Shown here one piece after another: positions 1 through 13,043 of a DNA stretch of 64,000 bases. The DNA comes from Lama guanicoe (taxonomy: Eukaryota). The notes beneath the pieces are model-generated. The model did no database searches. It worked only from the letters and a program-made list of their open reading frames with translations, and had not been told where the DNA came from. Where the stretch lies: positions 7,206,720 through 7,270,719 of the forward strand of contig MU057347.1 of assembly GCA_013239625.1 (NCBI GenBank), read 5' to 3'. The position numbers and the translations under genes are program-made. Each line of letters starts with the position of its first letter. Within the stretch, counting starts at the first letter, position 1.

Positions 1-2815
1 GATTCTGCCTCTTGCAAGGGCATGGTTCTGGACAAGTGAGCGTTTGAAAATGAGAAGGAGTGACTGTGGCTGGTGGTGATAAGGATGACGCTAGATAATC
101 TGGGGAAAGTCTTTAATGTTCCAGAAGCCGATCCTACAACCTCCCATCCCACAGCTTCTTGCTAGTTGGTGGCTCTTTCTTTGTGGCCTTTGGTCCTTTT
201 GACTCAAACTCAAGCTCATCGATGAAATTCTCAGACCACTGCCATGCAGAGTGAGAGGAAGATCCAGGGGCAGAGGATGGTCTGGATTTGGGGAAGAATC
301 CTCTGGGTTTTAACTCTGGCCTATGTCTCTTCATCAGGACATTTGCCAGCAGGAAACCGAGCATTTGTGAAGCCCCCTTCAGTGACTCCCTTTTCCACAG
401 CGCCTGTTTGATGTTCATGGGACCCTGGGGCTCACATGCTGTTATAAGATGCCTTAAAAATCCACCTCGTCCTCATTTGGCCCGCATGCAAAAACTTATC
501 AGGACGTTCTTCAACATCAGGGCAGCCGAACCTGGCACTGTTCCAGCCTTCATCTCCAAGAAGCATGAATTCAGACCCTTTATTAGCTCTCCCATCTTTA
601 TTAGTGTTCCGGAGCAAAGTGTCTGCAGCTAAAATTATTGAATTTTCACTAAAACCTGAATCCATGCATGATCCTTTTGGACTTTCATGTTCAAAAGGGG
701 TCCAGACTTCCAACTGCCATCTCCTGCCTCTCCCTGTATCTTCTGTATCTTTCCTCATTACAGACGGTGGTCCAAAACCAATATGAATTAAATAAATACC
801 CCACTGAGAGTTCCACTTTGGAGAATTGTCTCATTATGGTACAGATGTGGGCTATCTCCAAACAGCACCAACATCTTGTATTTTATTTTATATTTTCTTA
901 AAAAAGAAAGAAATTAAAATCTGAATAGTATCCAGGAAGGAAGTGTTTGCACGGGTGAAGGTTTGATTTCATTTTTCTCCCAGCATGCCCCCTTCTTTTA
1001 TCCCATAATGGCCCTTCCCAGTTAATCTGTCTTGAAAACCTGCAGGTAGAGATGTTTATTGATACAAGCCCTACGTGCAACTCGGTTTACAGAGACCACT
1101 GAAAGTGCATAAATAGTAAATTTCACTTGATGTCTACTTATTAATGCGACTCCACTCTGAACATACCAACAGAAAGAGGTTTTGCCAGATGGGGGATAAG
1201 TCTTACGTTATGGATAGATATGGAAGGAAACATTCGGTTTCCATTCTAAATAACTGATACAGGCTGTCCCAGTGATTGCATTTTTCAGGGCAAATCAAAT
1301 TCAACATCAATTACTTTGTTTTTTAGCAGAATTTAAGAAAAAAAAAGTTGTGTCTCTTTTTTTAAGGTCGCCAAGATTTCATGGAAACACGTCAGCCTTC
1401 CATTTCATACAAACACAACAAATTACTTTTATAATTTTACAAGAACAGCTTTAACCGTGGTTCACACAGAAACATCCTGTGCCCTGAAACCACAAATATG
1501 ACTTCCCAGCAGCTGGTAAATTTGAATCCCTAACGTAATGCCCACATTTCTTCCCTTGGACACACCCAGGATCTGATGCTGGTGGACAGAAAAGCAGGGC
1601 AGAGGAACTTACATTTCCTTTATGCAGATGGTGGAGAAATAGAGCAGGGAGAGATGTGCACTCTACAAGGCCTTTATGGTCCATCTATGGAGCTGGAATA
1701 GGAAATCAATGACCAAGTCCAGACTAGGGCGCTGAATTCCTTCAAGTAATCGTTTTTTCCTTCCTCCAGTCCCCAGCCCCTCCTCTGTTAAAGACTTAAC
1801 ATTGCCTTGCTCATTTAGAGCATAATTGAGACTCCACTTTTATTTCATCATCCTTCCCCTTTCATTGATCATTGCTAATTTTCTGGCTCAGTGCCATCTG
1901 GGGAATGGGTTTACCTAACCCCGACAGAGGTGTCATTCGAGTTGTTTGGATAAAGACGGGTTTGTGCTTTCTCTTGCAAACCCTCAGTGGTGTGAAGAGC
2001 AGAATAGGGATGCAGGGATGTCTGCTACCCTCAATCCTTCCACCCCTCTGCCAGCCCACCCAGATTTAAAAAAATATCTTCCCCACTCCCGGAGTCTGCC
2101 TGGCATCTCCGAGAACATCACCTACGCATCCTCCCCCGTACAGATAAAAACACCAGCACAAATAAAGGAACGGATCCCTTCCCCACTACGAGTGCAAAAA
2201 GAGTGGGTGGCCAAGTGTAGCTGTACCTCCCAGTAGCCAGATGTGAAAACAGCACATCTGTCTGCAGTTTCTCTTATCAAACAGCATCACTGAGAACGTG
2301 TGCCAAGGAGAGACTTAGAACCACAAAGTCCCATCTCCCCTTCTCCAGATGCACCAGGCTGGGGGCAGGGAAAATGTATAAGGTACATGTGGCAAAGCCT
2401 TGAACTTGGGCATGTGTAAAACCAGAAAGGGAAAGACAGCCCAACAGAAAGGATCAGAGGAAAACAGTTCCCAACACAGTATCCCAACATGACACTCCAC
2501 CATCCCAGGAGGGGGAAAAAAAAATGTAGCTGTGAGAAATGTGATGGAATTGTCAAAATTGTCTGAAATCAGCTTCATAGATTGTAAACCACCAGTCACA
2601 CTTCTCCTTGTTCTGTAACAGGGTAGAAATGGCAACATTTTCATCAAGGCATGAAACAAAGGCAGTAACATCACAGGAACGGACCTATCAGTGAGACATC
2701 CAAGTTATCCACACAACCCCACCCACTGTTTGTTTCATCCCAGACCCAGGACAATAGAAGTCTGCTACAACATTTAATGACCCAAATCTAGTAAAGTACC
2801 TCGAGGTTCAGAAGC

Positions 2816-3003
2816 AACGGGTGTGCTGGAGTCAACTTCTACCAGCTCACAAGAGTCAAATGTTAAACTTTCAGGTTGCGAGTGGTTAATATCATGTGGG
2901 TAATTTGAAAGTGGCCATCATTTAAACCATGGAAATGGGCAAAATGTGTTTGTTGTTTGTTTGTTTCTAGAAAGCAGGTTGTTAACTCTTTATTAATACC
3001 ACG
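2816..3003 (+). mobile_element. MER63A-like hAT-Blackjack MITE
   Basis: Starts 'gggtgtgctggagtcaacttctaccagctcacaagagtc', internal 'ttgaaagtggccat', ends 'ggttgttaactctttattaataccac'; matches recalled MER63A layout. Confidence 0.75.
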
Positions 3004-3749
3004 GGTTGGAGGACTTTCCCTCTGAGATCACTCAGCGTGATGACTAGACTCAGCTCAATCAAGTTCTCTTTCAATACCCCCCAGACTGTTTAAGCCCCTG
3101 CTTTTCTAGCATCAGCACATACCTGGCATTCTCAGAAGTGCCCAAGGATGGGCCAAGAAGGAAGACAAGGGGAAAAATAGGTCTTTCAGGTCCACAGACC
3201 TGATTTAATAGATCATCTTGGCTTTGAGCAATGAGAATAGATTTCCACTTCAGTTTCCCTTGTGTCAAAGGGTTCCACTAAAAGCTTAGCTTAACACTGG
3301 GACTGCTTCTGTGGATATGTGTCTGTTTCATGCTTCCGAGAGGGGTGGCTGATGCAGGCTCATACAGTGAGTCTAAGGTTTGGGGAGAAGAACCCTGGGT
3401 CCTGAACCCAGCTTGCTGTGGACTCGTGTGATCTTAGATATATCCCTCTCTGAGTGGTGGAGGAAGTGAACTTTGTGGTCTGTCTCTAAGGGCACTGCTG
3501 ACTCTGATATTCTGACCCTCAATACCGTGTCCTTGGTCTAACTGGACTCTTGAGGGAGTGCAGAGAATTTAGGATCTGAAGGACAAGAGATGGGCAGATG
3601 CTGTCCAATTTTACAGCAGAAAACATGGAACCATAATCATTGACCCTGGACTCCTGCTAATTTTCAGGATAATCCAGGAGCCCTTGGGAAAGGAGCACCA
3701 GGAATCCAGAGGAGGTCCGTAGCAACGGCCCAGGCAGACCAGGAGTTGG

Positions 3750-3975
3750 GGCATCTGAGTGACCCAGATCTCGATTCAGATCCCAGCTCTTCCATCTCCG
3801 TGCTAGGTGACAACGGGAAATTTATTAATCTTTCTGACCTTTTTGATTTGTTTTCTCTTCTATAAAATGGGTCATAATAACACCCACTCAACAACACTTT
3901 TGCATGAATTAAATGAGATAGAGCATGTAGGACACTTAGTACCATGTTAGCCTAAAAGAAGAACTTAATGAACAG
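3750..3975 (+). mobile_element. MIR SINE
   Basis: MIR core 'ttttctcttctataaaatgggtcataataac...aattaaatgagata'. Confidence 0.8.
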
Positions 3976-4796
3976 CAGACCATCAATATTCTATTCCCCC
4001 AGATGGTGGGGCTAAATTGAGAGACTGAGGCAATGTAACCCACTTGGCATCTGCAGTCCCAGCTTTGACCTAAGTTGAGTCCACACCTGGGGCTGAACTG
4101 GGCTTGGGTTTCCAAGACAGACAGCTGAACAGACTGGGTTTCTAAGGCAAATTCGAGGATAGACCGACCAGAAGGTGATTTGTACAAGTCAGTTTGGGCT
4201 GAAACCAGTTAAGTCTTTCGGGTTTGGAGGGAAAGGAGTGAAAACACACAAGAGAGGCCGAGACGAGCCATGCAGGCCTCCCCAGGGCCTGACTCCACCA
4301 AGGCACACCCACTTCCTGAGGCCTCTTCCCAGGAAGGAAATCCCAGTCATCATAAAAGGAAAATAAGGAAATAAAATCTTAATAGGATTTCATAGGTGAT
4401 ATAAAATCTCCACAACTCTGGGTGACAGACAGTAAAAAAGATCATTTAGAGAGAAAGGCTTTCTAAGGCTTCCTGTGGAACTGGTTGTCTCAAGAAGCCC
4501 GGGGGGTGGTCATATATAATGTCATCAGTTGTCGCTCTCGGCGGGAGGCAGTGCCAACAGGGCCTGCACTCAGTGGGCTGAGGGCCCCGGAGAGAGTAAC
4601 CTGGAGCTTCAGGCCCGGGAAGCTCAGGGAGTCATGAGCTAGCCCCCAAACATATAGTCCTGTCTGCCTGACAGTCTCCTCCACGTCCTTCAAGACTTAG
4701 CTCCACCATGGCCTCTTCTGGAAGCCTTCTTGAACCCCAGTAGACTTAAGCCCTCCACGTCTTTCCCTGTACTACCTGGGAAATGCCTCCCTCTCA

Positions 4797-4950
4797 CAGT
4801 GGTGCTTCCCAGAATGTGTCCATGGAACATGAGCACTGGTGTCAACTGCGAGCATCTGTGAGACCCCTGAGGCCCACCCCTAGACCGGCCATTTCAGAAT
4901 CTCTGGGGGTGGAGCCCAGGCTTGTGCCTCTTTAACAAGATCCATGGGTG
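4797..4950 (+). mobile_element. MER5A-like hAT-Charlie MITE
   Basis: 'cagtggtg...cccacccctagacc...cagaatctctgggggtggagcccagg...tttaacaag'. Confidence 0.7.
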
Positions 4951-4959
4951 TGGGTATCA

Positions 4960-6300
4960 TTTCATCTGAGACCTGATGGCAGGGAGCCTGTCATGTGAAG
5001 ATGTGTAAGCGGTGTGTTCCAGAGTGGAGGACACAGGCCAAGGTCTTGAGGTGGAGAAAGAGTTTGGATAACTCTTTTTTCCACCTTCTTGGAGAAAGAG
5101 CCAAGAAGGCTGTGTGGCTAGAGAGAAAAGGGTGGGGAAAAGTGGTTGAGGTTGAGGCTGCGGATCTGTCAGGGGCCAGATCCAGGGGAGCTGGAGTTTA
5201 GACCAGATTCTAAGTTTACCGGAAACCCATGAAGAGGCTTTGTTGGAAGATTGAGTTACTGGTCCTAGTTCTCTATTCCATTATAATAAATTATGTATCT
5301 CCACCTTCCCTCTGGCCTCTTGGTGATGAAGTGTACTTCCTTTCTCCTTGACCCTGGACTTGGCCACATGACGCTTTGAGCAGCGGGATGGTGTTGCATG
5401 TGTTGGAAGCGAGACTTAAAATGTTCTCAGACCTGCAGTGCCCCCGTTTTTCCCCATGAGAAGAAAGTGCCTTGAGTAGCCACTGGTCCGGAGAGGATGA
5501 GCGACACTGAAAGTAGACCTGGACCCAACCTACAGTATGCAGGCAGACTCAGCTTAGATCAGCCAGGTCTCAGCCAACCCTCAGACACACGAGCAAGAAA
5601 TAAATGCTTATTGCTGCGCAGCACAGAGTTTTATGGTGAATTGTTATGCAGAATTACTATGAAAATAACCGTCTGATAAAGACTTTAAGCAGGGGAGTGT
5701 TTGGGTTTCCATTTTATAACAATCATTCTGGTCGCTTTGGGGGAGATTAGATTGTGAAAGACAGATGTGGAAATGGGAAAAAACATTAGAGGCCTGTTGC
5801 AGTTTCCTGGGGAAGACTCTTCAGTGGCTGAGGCTCTGATGGTAGTGGTGGAGACAGAGAGAATTAAGGGGGTTCTGGATGCACTGGGGAGATCAGAACC
5901 GACAGGACTTCCTACTGGACTAGATTTAGGGGTGTGAGGTCAAGACATTAGTGAACAATTCCAGGAGGAACCACAGAGGTAAAGTGGTGCAACATGGCAC
6001 CACTAGATAGAGTAAGGGAAACAGAGAAATAGGAGATGAATGTTTTCTAGATTTTTTGGCTTATGTGACAAGTGGACAGTGGTGTCGTTTACCAAGATAG
6101 GGAAGACCTAAGAGAAAGAAGGTCGATGTCAGGGGATGAGGGAGGGTGGGGGCGGGGGGCGCAGGGGACCAGCAGTTCTGATTTGGCCATGCTACATTTG
6201 AGATGTCCACTAGATACCCAAATGGAGATGTAAGTGGGCAATTGGATTTATGGATCTGGAGGTCAGTGGATTGATCAGGGCTGGAGCTGTAAATAAACAC
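4960..6300 (-). mobile_element. LINE-2 fragment, interrupted by an MLT1 LTR
   Basis: L2 antisense motifs 'tttaagcaggggagtg', 'tttgagatgtccactagatacccaaatggagatgt', 'ggatctggaggtcag'. Confidence 0.8.
5241..5680 (+). mobile_element. MLT1 (H/I-like) MaLR solo LTR
   Basis: TG start, 'ttggccacatgacgctttg', 'aataaatgcttattg', end 'ctgataaa'; degenerate 5-bp TSD GGCTT (5236-5240)/GACTT (5681-5685). Confidence 0.8.
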
Positions 6301-6818
6301 ATCAACACATGACCTCAGTGTGACATGTCTTGGTTCAGGCTGTTCCCTTTCCTACCTCTTCACTGGACACTGAGATCCTATTTCTCCTTTAAGGCTCTGC
6401 CCAAATTTCACCTCCAGGCAGAGCTAGTCGTTCTCACCTATGTGCTCCAGAGTCGGCTGCAAATACCTCCTATGATTCAAAGTAGTCCGCCTCCCCCAGT
6501 AGACTGGAAGCTGAGAATCTTTGTTGTTCCAGCACTGAACTGAATGCTTGGCACAGGGAAGATGCTCAAAGAGATGAGCTTTCTTCCTTTAAGGCATTAG
6601 GTTGGGTACTTTCAGAAGAAACAGTCCATTTAAACTTCTCAACAGCACAGCAGGTGTAAATGCCATCCCATGTTAAAGTCCATGAAACTGAGGCCCAGCA
6701 TGGTTAGGGTCCTGCCCAAACCATCTGCAAGCGTTAGAACCTGAACATGTCTGATTCCACGGCTGGCGCTCTTTCCGCGCCGCCTCTGCCCCAGAATTGC
6801 CTCCCATCCCCTCCCTCC

Positions 6819-6958
6819 NNNNNNNNNNNNNNNNNNNNNNNNNNNNNNNNNNNNNNNNNNNNNNNNNNNNNNNNNNNNNNNNNNNNNNNNNNNNNNNNNN
6901 NNNNNNNNNNNNNNNNNNNNNNNNNNNNNNNNNNNNNNNNNNNNNNNNNNNNNNNNNN
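6819..6958. other. N-run, 140 bp
   Basis: Run of N in CpG-rich unique sequence. Confidence 1.
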
Positions 6959-7804
6959 TGCGCTCAGCCACTTTCTCCTCTCAGTCTCCCCAGGTCCCGG
7001 TGCGTGGGCTCCATCTGCCCAGTCAGCAGAACGGGCTCCTCCAGCCCGGGAGCACGTCTGTGGTCACCCTCCCCATCAGGGCCAGGAGGCAGGGAGCAGA
7101 CCCCTAGGAGCTGATGAGGGGACTCACAGAGCATCATTAGGGACTGGGAGGTGACTGGGTGGAATGGGCAAGGGACAGGGAGACCGATGCTTGAAGCTCT
7201 GTCCCTGGGGGAGGCGCAGGTGCAGAGAGCCATCTAATCCACCTGCCAGCCTGGCCTCATCATCACTGGATACCTAGACACCATGCCACCAAGAAGACAC
7301 CATGCCACAGGGTAAACACATGCTTGGCACCATAGAATCCCTCCAAGGTATCCAAATACAGATCAGCAGGCTCCGTGGCAACTCACTGAAGACTAACGCA
7401 CCTTGGACAAGACAATTCCCTTCCATGAACTTGTTTCCTTATTCTTATTTTTAAATTGCAGGTAAGAATACCTGGCTCACAGCGTTGCTAAGATGCTGGT
7501 AGATACTCATGGGAGTCCCCAGCACGTTGTAGGATTGTAAATGTGAGACACCTCAGGGTATTCTCCCATTCAAAACTGGGCACAAGTGGGGACAGCAGGG
7601 ACCTGGCTTGACTGAGGTTTTCGCAAAACCTCATCCTTCCTTTCCATTCCACTACCATCAACCGCCTCCTTCATGCCCCTGGTGTGTCACTCTGCTGCCT
7701 AAAACCTTTCAGTGGTCCTGTAGGCACCTTTGGCAATAATTCTCCACCATTTTTAGTCTATAACTTTAAAGTCTGCAATTTGGGGCAGGATACTTGGTGG
7801 GTGG

Positions 7805-8244
7805 TGTGACAAAGTTGGCGCACTGCCCACCAAAGATGCCTGCTTCCATCCCACCGTAAGGAGTTGCTAGACTCTAGTTGCCCAGCCAGGATGGCAATTC
7901 CCAGTTCTTCCTACACCTGATGGAACCAGATGACCACTTCTCACCGCTGGAGCGTGAATGGAAGTGATGTGCTGCTTTCCTCCAGGCAGAGGTGTTTGAG
8001 AAGCAGCGCCCCTACTCCCCTTCTCTTCTCCTATCTGCCAGCTGGAAGAAAAGACTAAGCCACAAGGCCATGGTGGAGCCACACAACGAATGGAAGGTGC
8101 TTCAATCCCTGAGTGATCCTGCGGAACAGAGCCCCAGCACCCCAGTCAAAAATTCACATTTTGGACTTCACTTGAGGGAAAATAATTTTAAGCCAATAAT
8201 ACTGTAGAGTTTTTCTGTTATAGCAACAAACAACACTCTAATAC
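7805..8244 (+). mobile_element. MLT1J-like MaLR LTR
   Basis: 'gaatggaagtgatgtg', 'ggtggagccacac', 'tccctgagtga', end 'gttatagcaac...ctaatac'. Confidence 0.75.
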
Positions 8245-8479
8245 CAGGGGGTTAAAAGACTCAGAATAACATGAAACATATCAATAATAATGATGATGTG
8301 ATCAAGGCTACAGTGTAACAACAACCCACAGAATCTATGAAGGCCGACACCACTATCTGACTATTTAATGGGAGACCTTTCCACACTATGTATCAGTTTA
8401 AATAGATTTGGTGTCCGGACCAAGCTCTCTTACATACTTACAAAAGAGCATTCTTGACTATTCTGCTAAATATGCCCCT

Positions 8480-8968
8480 TTGCATCTTGTCACATGACTC
8501 ATCCACCTACAGGTAGCATCAGCCTCTGATTCCCATCTGAGCAGCCACCCAACTCTATTCTCAGTCTATGAGTTCTACAGGGGTGGCACCTAAGCCTGCG
8601 CGTCAAAGTTCTCCATCCACTGGTGGTAGTCATTGGTTAAGGAGTAGGCACATGATCTACATGAATCAAATCATCAATCAAGGTAAATTTCAAGACACTG
8701 GGTATGCTGGGACAAACACAAGTGCTCTCTTCTGCTAGATTCAACCCTAGAAATAGGCTGGCAACCATCTTGCAAGCACAAGAAGAAAGCCTAGAGGAGG
8801 ATGTTGCCAACACGGATGGCCAAGGCAGGATGAAAGAGAGTTATTGGGTCTTGATTACATCAGACCGTGGTCATTTTATATATGTAAATCAGTAAATATC
8901 CTTCCCTCCCCCTAATTCCAATTCAAAATGGATTTTATGACCCTTACAACCAAAATCATCCTAACTAG
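8480..8968 (+). mobile_element. MLT1K-like MaLR LTR
   Basis: 'cattggttaaggagtaggcacatga', 'caaccatcttgc', end 'cttacaaccaaaatcatcctaacta'. Confidence 0.65.
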
Positions 8969-9709
8969 GTCTCAGATGGCCCACCATTTGGAGCCCAACT
9001 CTGAAGGACTGGAAGCTACCTGCAGTGAGAACCTCTGACCGGCAGGATGCAAATTAGGCACAGAGTCCTGCACACCCAGCTCCCTTTCCAGAGCTCTCCC
9101 ATTGTCACTGCACTCCACTGTCCTCCACACCCTCTTCCCACTCTCCACACCAACGATGCCAAATTCCCAGAGAGTGGCGAGCCTCCTCAGACCCACTCAT
9201 CTTCACTACTTCTGTTCCCACCACCCTCACCCACCATCTTTGCCCACCTAACTTTAACCATCTTTTCAGCCTCCCTATAACTTCACTTCCCCTGTGAACT
9301 TTTCTCTTGAACAACTTGTTTTTAATTAGTCAAATCCATTTTCTCTCTTTTTGTTGTTGTCCAAATCTGTGCTAGTTCACTACCAAAATAAACCTGGCCT
9401 TTAAAAAAAAAATACCCAAAGAGGTATTGGCCCAGTTTCAACATGAGGGCTCATGGAAACCACTTCAGGAAGGACGACACCCCCACAGACTTCCTGGGAA
9501 GAGGAGATTTCAGTCCATCTCAAAAGACCAGAGGAGTGAAGAAAACGGGCGTCACGAACTTGTTCCCAAGGTCTGGGCCTGAGAAACACTCAGGAGAGGC
9601 CAGTTGCTGGAAAAAATAATAATAATAATAATACCCACAGAGAGGAAAGCTTCTCTTCAAGAGGAAGATTGACTCAGGCCCTCTACCCTCGTCTCTTCCT
9701 GTTCTCCAC

Positions 9710-10830
9710 CTTAGACACCCACCACTCCAACTGCACTGCCTCTTCGCAGCATCTCAAGCCACCAGACAAGCTCCCACCTCAAGACGTATAGTGGTTATTT
9801 ATTGCTGTATAACACTTTAGCCCAATCTGTAGCTACTTAAAGCTATATATATATATATACATACACACACATAAACATAGATATATTTAATCTCACAGAG
9901 TTCCTGTGGGTCAGGAATCTGGGAGTGGCTCAGCTAAGTGGTTCTGCCTCAAAGTCACTCATGAGATTGTAGTCAAGGTGTCAACAGGGCCACAGGCATC
10001 TAAAGGCTGAAGGATCTGCTTCCAAGCTGGCTTACTCGTGGCCCTGCAAGTGAGGGCTGACTGTTGGCAGGAGGCCTCAGCTCCTCCTCCTGTGGACCAT
10101 CTATAGGGCTGCTTGAGTGTCCTCACAACATGGTGGCTGGCTTCCAGTGGGGTGAGTGACCCAAGGGAAAGCAAGGCCGAAACTGTAATCTCTTTAATGA
10201 CTCAGCCATAGAAGTCACATTTCTCTAATCTCTTATCGTTTACACAGGTCAGCCCTATTCAGCGCAGGAGCAGGTGACACAGGGTGTACAAGGTCCTGGG
10301 GTCACTGAGGTCCCCCTTGGATACCACTGGGTGCCAGTTATTTTCTCTAACTGGTGCCTTCTTTCCCCAAATATCCGCCTGGCCCAAGGCTTGCTCTTTT
10401 TTCTTCCTTCAAATCTTTGCTCTAATATCACTTTTCTCAAAGAGACCAGACTTTCAAAAACTACAGCTCTTCCTCCTGCCTCAGAGTCTTCCCTCGCTTC
10501 CTGTTTCCTTTCCTGATGGACTTTTCTTCAGAACACTCGTAATCAAATATATACAATCTTTTGTTTGTTTGTTTTTGAGTTTTAATTTTAAATTTACAGA
10601 AAAACAGCAAAATTAGTATAGAGAGTTCTCATAGACACTCAACCCGCTTTCTCCTGTTTGTCCCAGTTGTTTTTTTGTCTTTATTTGGGGTTTTCTCTCT
10701 CCCCTATGTGAAGGTAAGCCCCACGAGGGCAGAGGCTTCTGCCTACCTTATTCACTGATGAATCTCCAGTGCCCAAAATATCACCTCACTCACGGTAGAT
10801 GTTCAATAAATATTTGTTGGGTGAATGAAA
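9710..10830 (+). mobile_element. LINE-2 3' end, interrupted by MLT1F and a short L1 piece (about 10575-10660)
   Basis: L2 tail 'gtaagccccacgagggcagagg...gttcaataaatatttgttgggtgaatgaa'. Confidence 0.8.
9786..10327 (-). mobile_element. MLT1F-like MaLR LTR
   Basis: 'tgtgggtcaggaatctgggagtggctcagct', 'ggatctgcttccaag', 'gctgcttgagtgtcctcacaacatggtggctggcttcc'. Confidence 0.85.
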
Positions 10831-10899
10831 GAACTATTCTAGCAACTCAAGGAAAAACCAACACTGGACTTCTGACCTTGAAGTTCTCAGCAGAACTGC

Positions 10900-11200
10900 A
10901 GAGGGAGTTTAGCATTAGCTGATCCATGGGACTTAGATGATTAAACTCAGCTGGGAAAGGCTGCGGGTGAGAAAGTGAAACCTAACCTGTTATAAAACAA
11001 TAAAGGGGAACAATAAACCTCATTTATTCATTCATTTTCCCTCTTCGCTCTTTTTGGTATGATTTGCTTTACTGTTGAAAAAGTGAACTAGCTTTATAGT
11101 TGTGTCAATAATGTAGCTCCATAATTACACTTATCAATTACTTCCCAATAAAGTTGGGGGAAAAAATTACGTAGCTCCATTTATCCACAGTGCTGATGCA
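10900..11200. promoter_or_regulatory. Candidate conserved non-coding element (enhancer-like)
   Basis: Repeat-free AT-rich island with tandem AACAATAAA, several AATTAC motifs and a 10-bp direct repeat. Confidence 0.5.
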
Positions 11201-12004
11201 GGCCTTCCCTGGAAGAGGCTCGCCTGGACTAAGCAGGGCTCCCACAAGGAGGGGATGACTTCCAGAGAGCCACGAGAATCACCCACGCTGAGGGTCCCCC
11301 CTATAGTAGAGCCATCCCAGCTCCCCACTGACCCTTCCTTTGCAGGGCTTCCCATCCCGTCATCTGGAAGGCTCCTCTTCTCTTTATTCACTCAGATAAT
11401 TATCCCGACAAAGCCAGTGCAGGATGCATGCCTTTCTTCTCTGAGTTCACTTCCACCTGTGTTAGCAAGCCTCGGGGAATTCTCACCAATCGATTGAGGT
11501 TCATCCTTGGGCTCTGAGCCCCTCCGGGCCCTGCAAACCCCATTCTCAGATCTTCAACAACTCCTAACCCATCCAGTGCTGGGGCAGTGGGTCAGGACAG
11601 GGACCATGAAGTGTTTATCAACCACCTACTATGAGCCCAGCACTATGCTAGGTACTCTACAGATACTTAACTTCACCATGACCAAGCACCACAATTAAAT
11701 ACAAAGGGGGGAGGTCATCTTGAGAGAGGCCTCCAGAACTTGAAAATAATAGTTCTTACCTTGAGGACCGTTGTAAAGATCAAATGAGGTGATGCAAAGC
11801 GCTAGCGTTAAAAGCCCGGCACTTGGAAAACACTCTGCTGTGTTGGTTTAAAACAAGGACATTTTACAGATGGGAAAAATGGAGCCCAGCAAGGTGAAAG
11901 AACACCATTGAGGTCACACTGCTGATAGGATGGAGTTTGGGCCCAGGTCTGCCTGGTGCTAAGCTCTAGCCACGTGCACTACATTTGTCCCTCAAAGAAG
12001 GGTA

Positions 12005-12145
12005 TGTAGACACCTGCATCCGAGTCATCTGGGGAGCTGGTTTAAGCCGCAGAATCTCAGGCACCATCCCAGACATCCATACCCAGAATGTCTTGGGGGT
12101 GAGGTCCAGAGATCTGCATCTTTCACCCACCCCGCTGGTGACCTG
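12005..12145 (+). mobile_element. MER5-family MITE
   Basis: 'agtcatctggggagctggtttaa...gcagaatctcagg...gggggtgaggtccagagatctgcatcttt'. Confidence 0.7.
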
Positions 12146-13043
12146 AACTTCATGGGGCCAGCCTGTGTCTCCAGGACCCGACAGAGGTCATGAGTCGGTG
12201 CTTTTGCCTCCTGGTTACTTCAAATGCAAGTTGTGGGCAGCACTCTCTGGAGCTTCCTGGGGCCTGGCAAAAGCGGTGAGAAATGTCTAACTGTGTCTCC
12301 CTGTGAAATAAGGGACCTGCATGCCAGGGAAAACATTTTGTCAAGGTGCTCAGGAACACAAAAGGGATCCCTTTGACACATCTGTCAATAGGGTAACAGC
12401 AGGGTGTGGAACTCACATTCATCAAATAGACAAGCTAATGCTCGGATGGTACCTGCTGAATATCCGGGGAGCTTTGCAGGGACTCCTGGCAGGGCAGGCC
12501 AGGTGAAGGCTGCCCACCTTCCCCGCACTGGATCTCCACCCAGATCTCAGCTTCCCCTTCGAACTGGAAACTGTCCTGGGTGCTTCACAGACGGGACCTC
12601 GACTGACCCATATCAACTTCTGGAGGACAGCGTGACACCCATTTGACAGGCTGAGATGTTGGACTCAAAGAGATGGGATCACGTGTTCAGAATCACACAG
12701 CAGAGGTAGTGGGGCTGGGGAGGAAATCCAGGTCTTAAGTGGTACCTTCCCTATACAGGCAGCTGCAAGTCATGGATCTGGAGAGGAAGAGAGATGCTGT
12801 TCTGTTACCTGCCAACATGCCCCTTCCACAGACCAGAAAGCTGCACCCTCATGCAGTAGGCAGCTGGCTGCTTTATCTCTAGTCTTCAGGCTTGTTTGGG
12901 GGCATGTTTGAGGGCCATGCAGACCCACATCCACTCCTGGGTTTGGGTGGAACTGAGGCTCCGTGCCACACAAAGTCACGACGGGGCTGGAAGAAATTCA
13001 CTCCTAATCCGTAAAACCTTGACCCTTTCAACAGAGCCCCTCC

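Noticed and set aside
134-758. Two adjacent minus-strand ORFs (94 and 108 aa) with somewhat protein-like composition
   Set aside because: No recognisable domain or family, no convincing splice structure, and lengths within the random range.
7276-7308. Direct repeat AGACACCATGCCAC x2 (and AGTCACATG x2 near 42611-42632)
   Set aside because: Isolated short tandem duplications with no array or spacer structure; not CRISPR-like.
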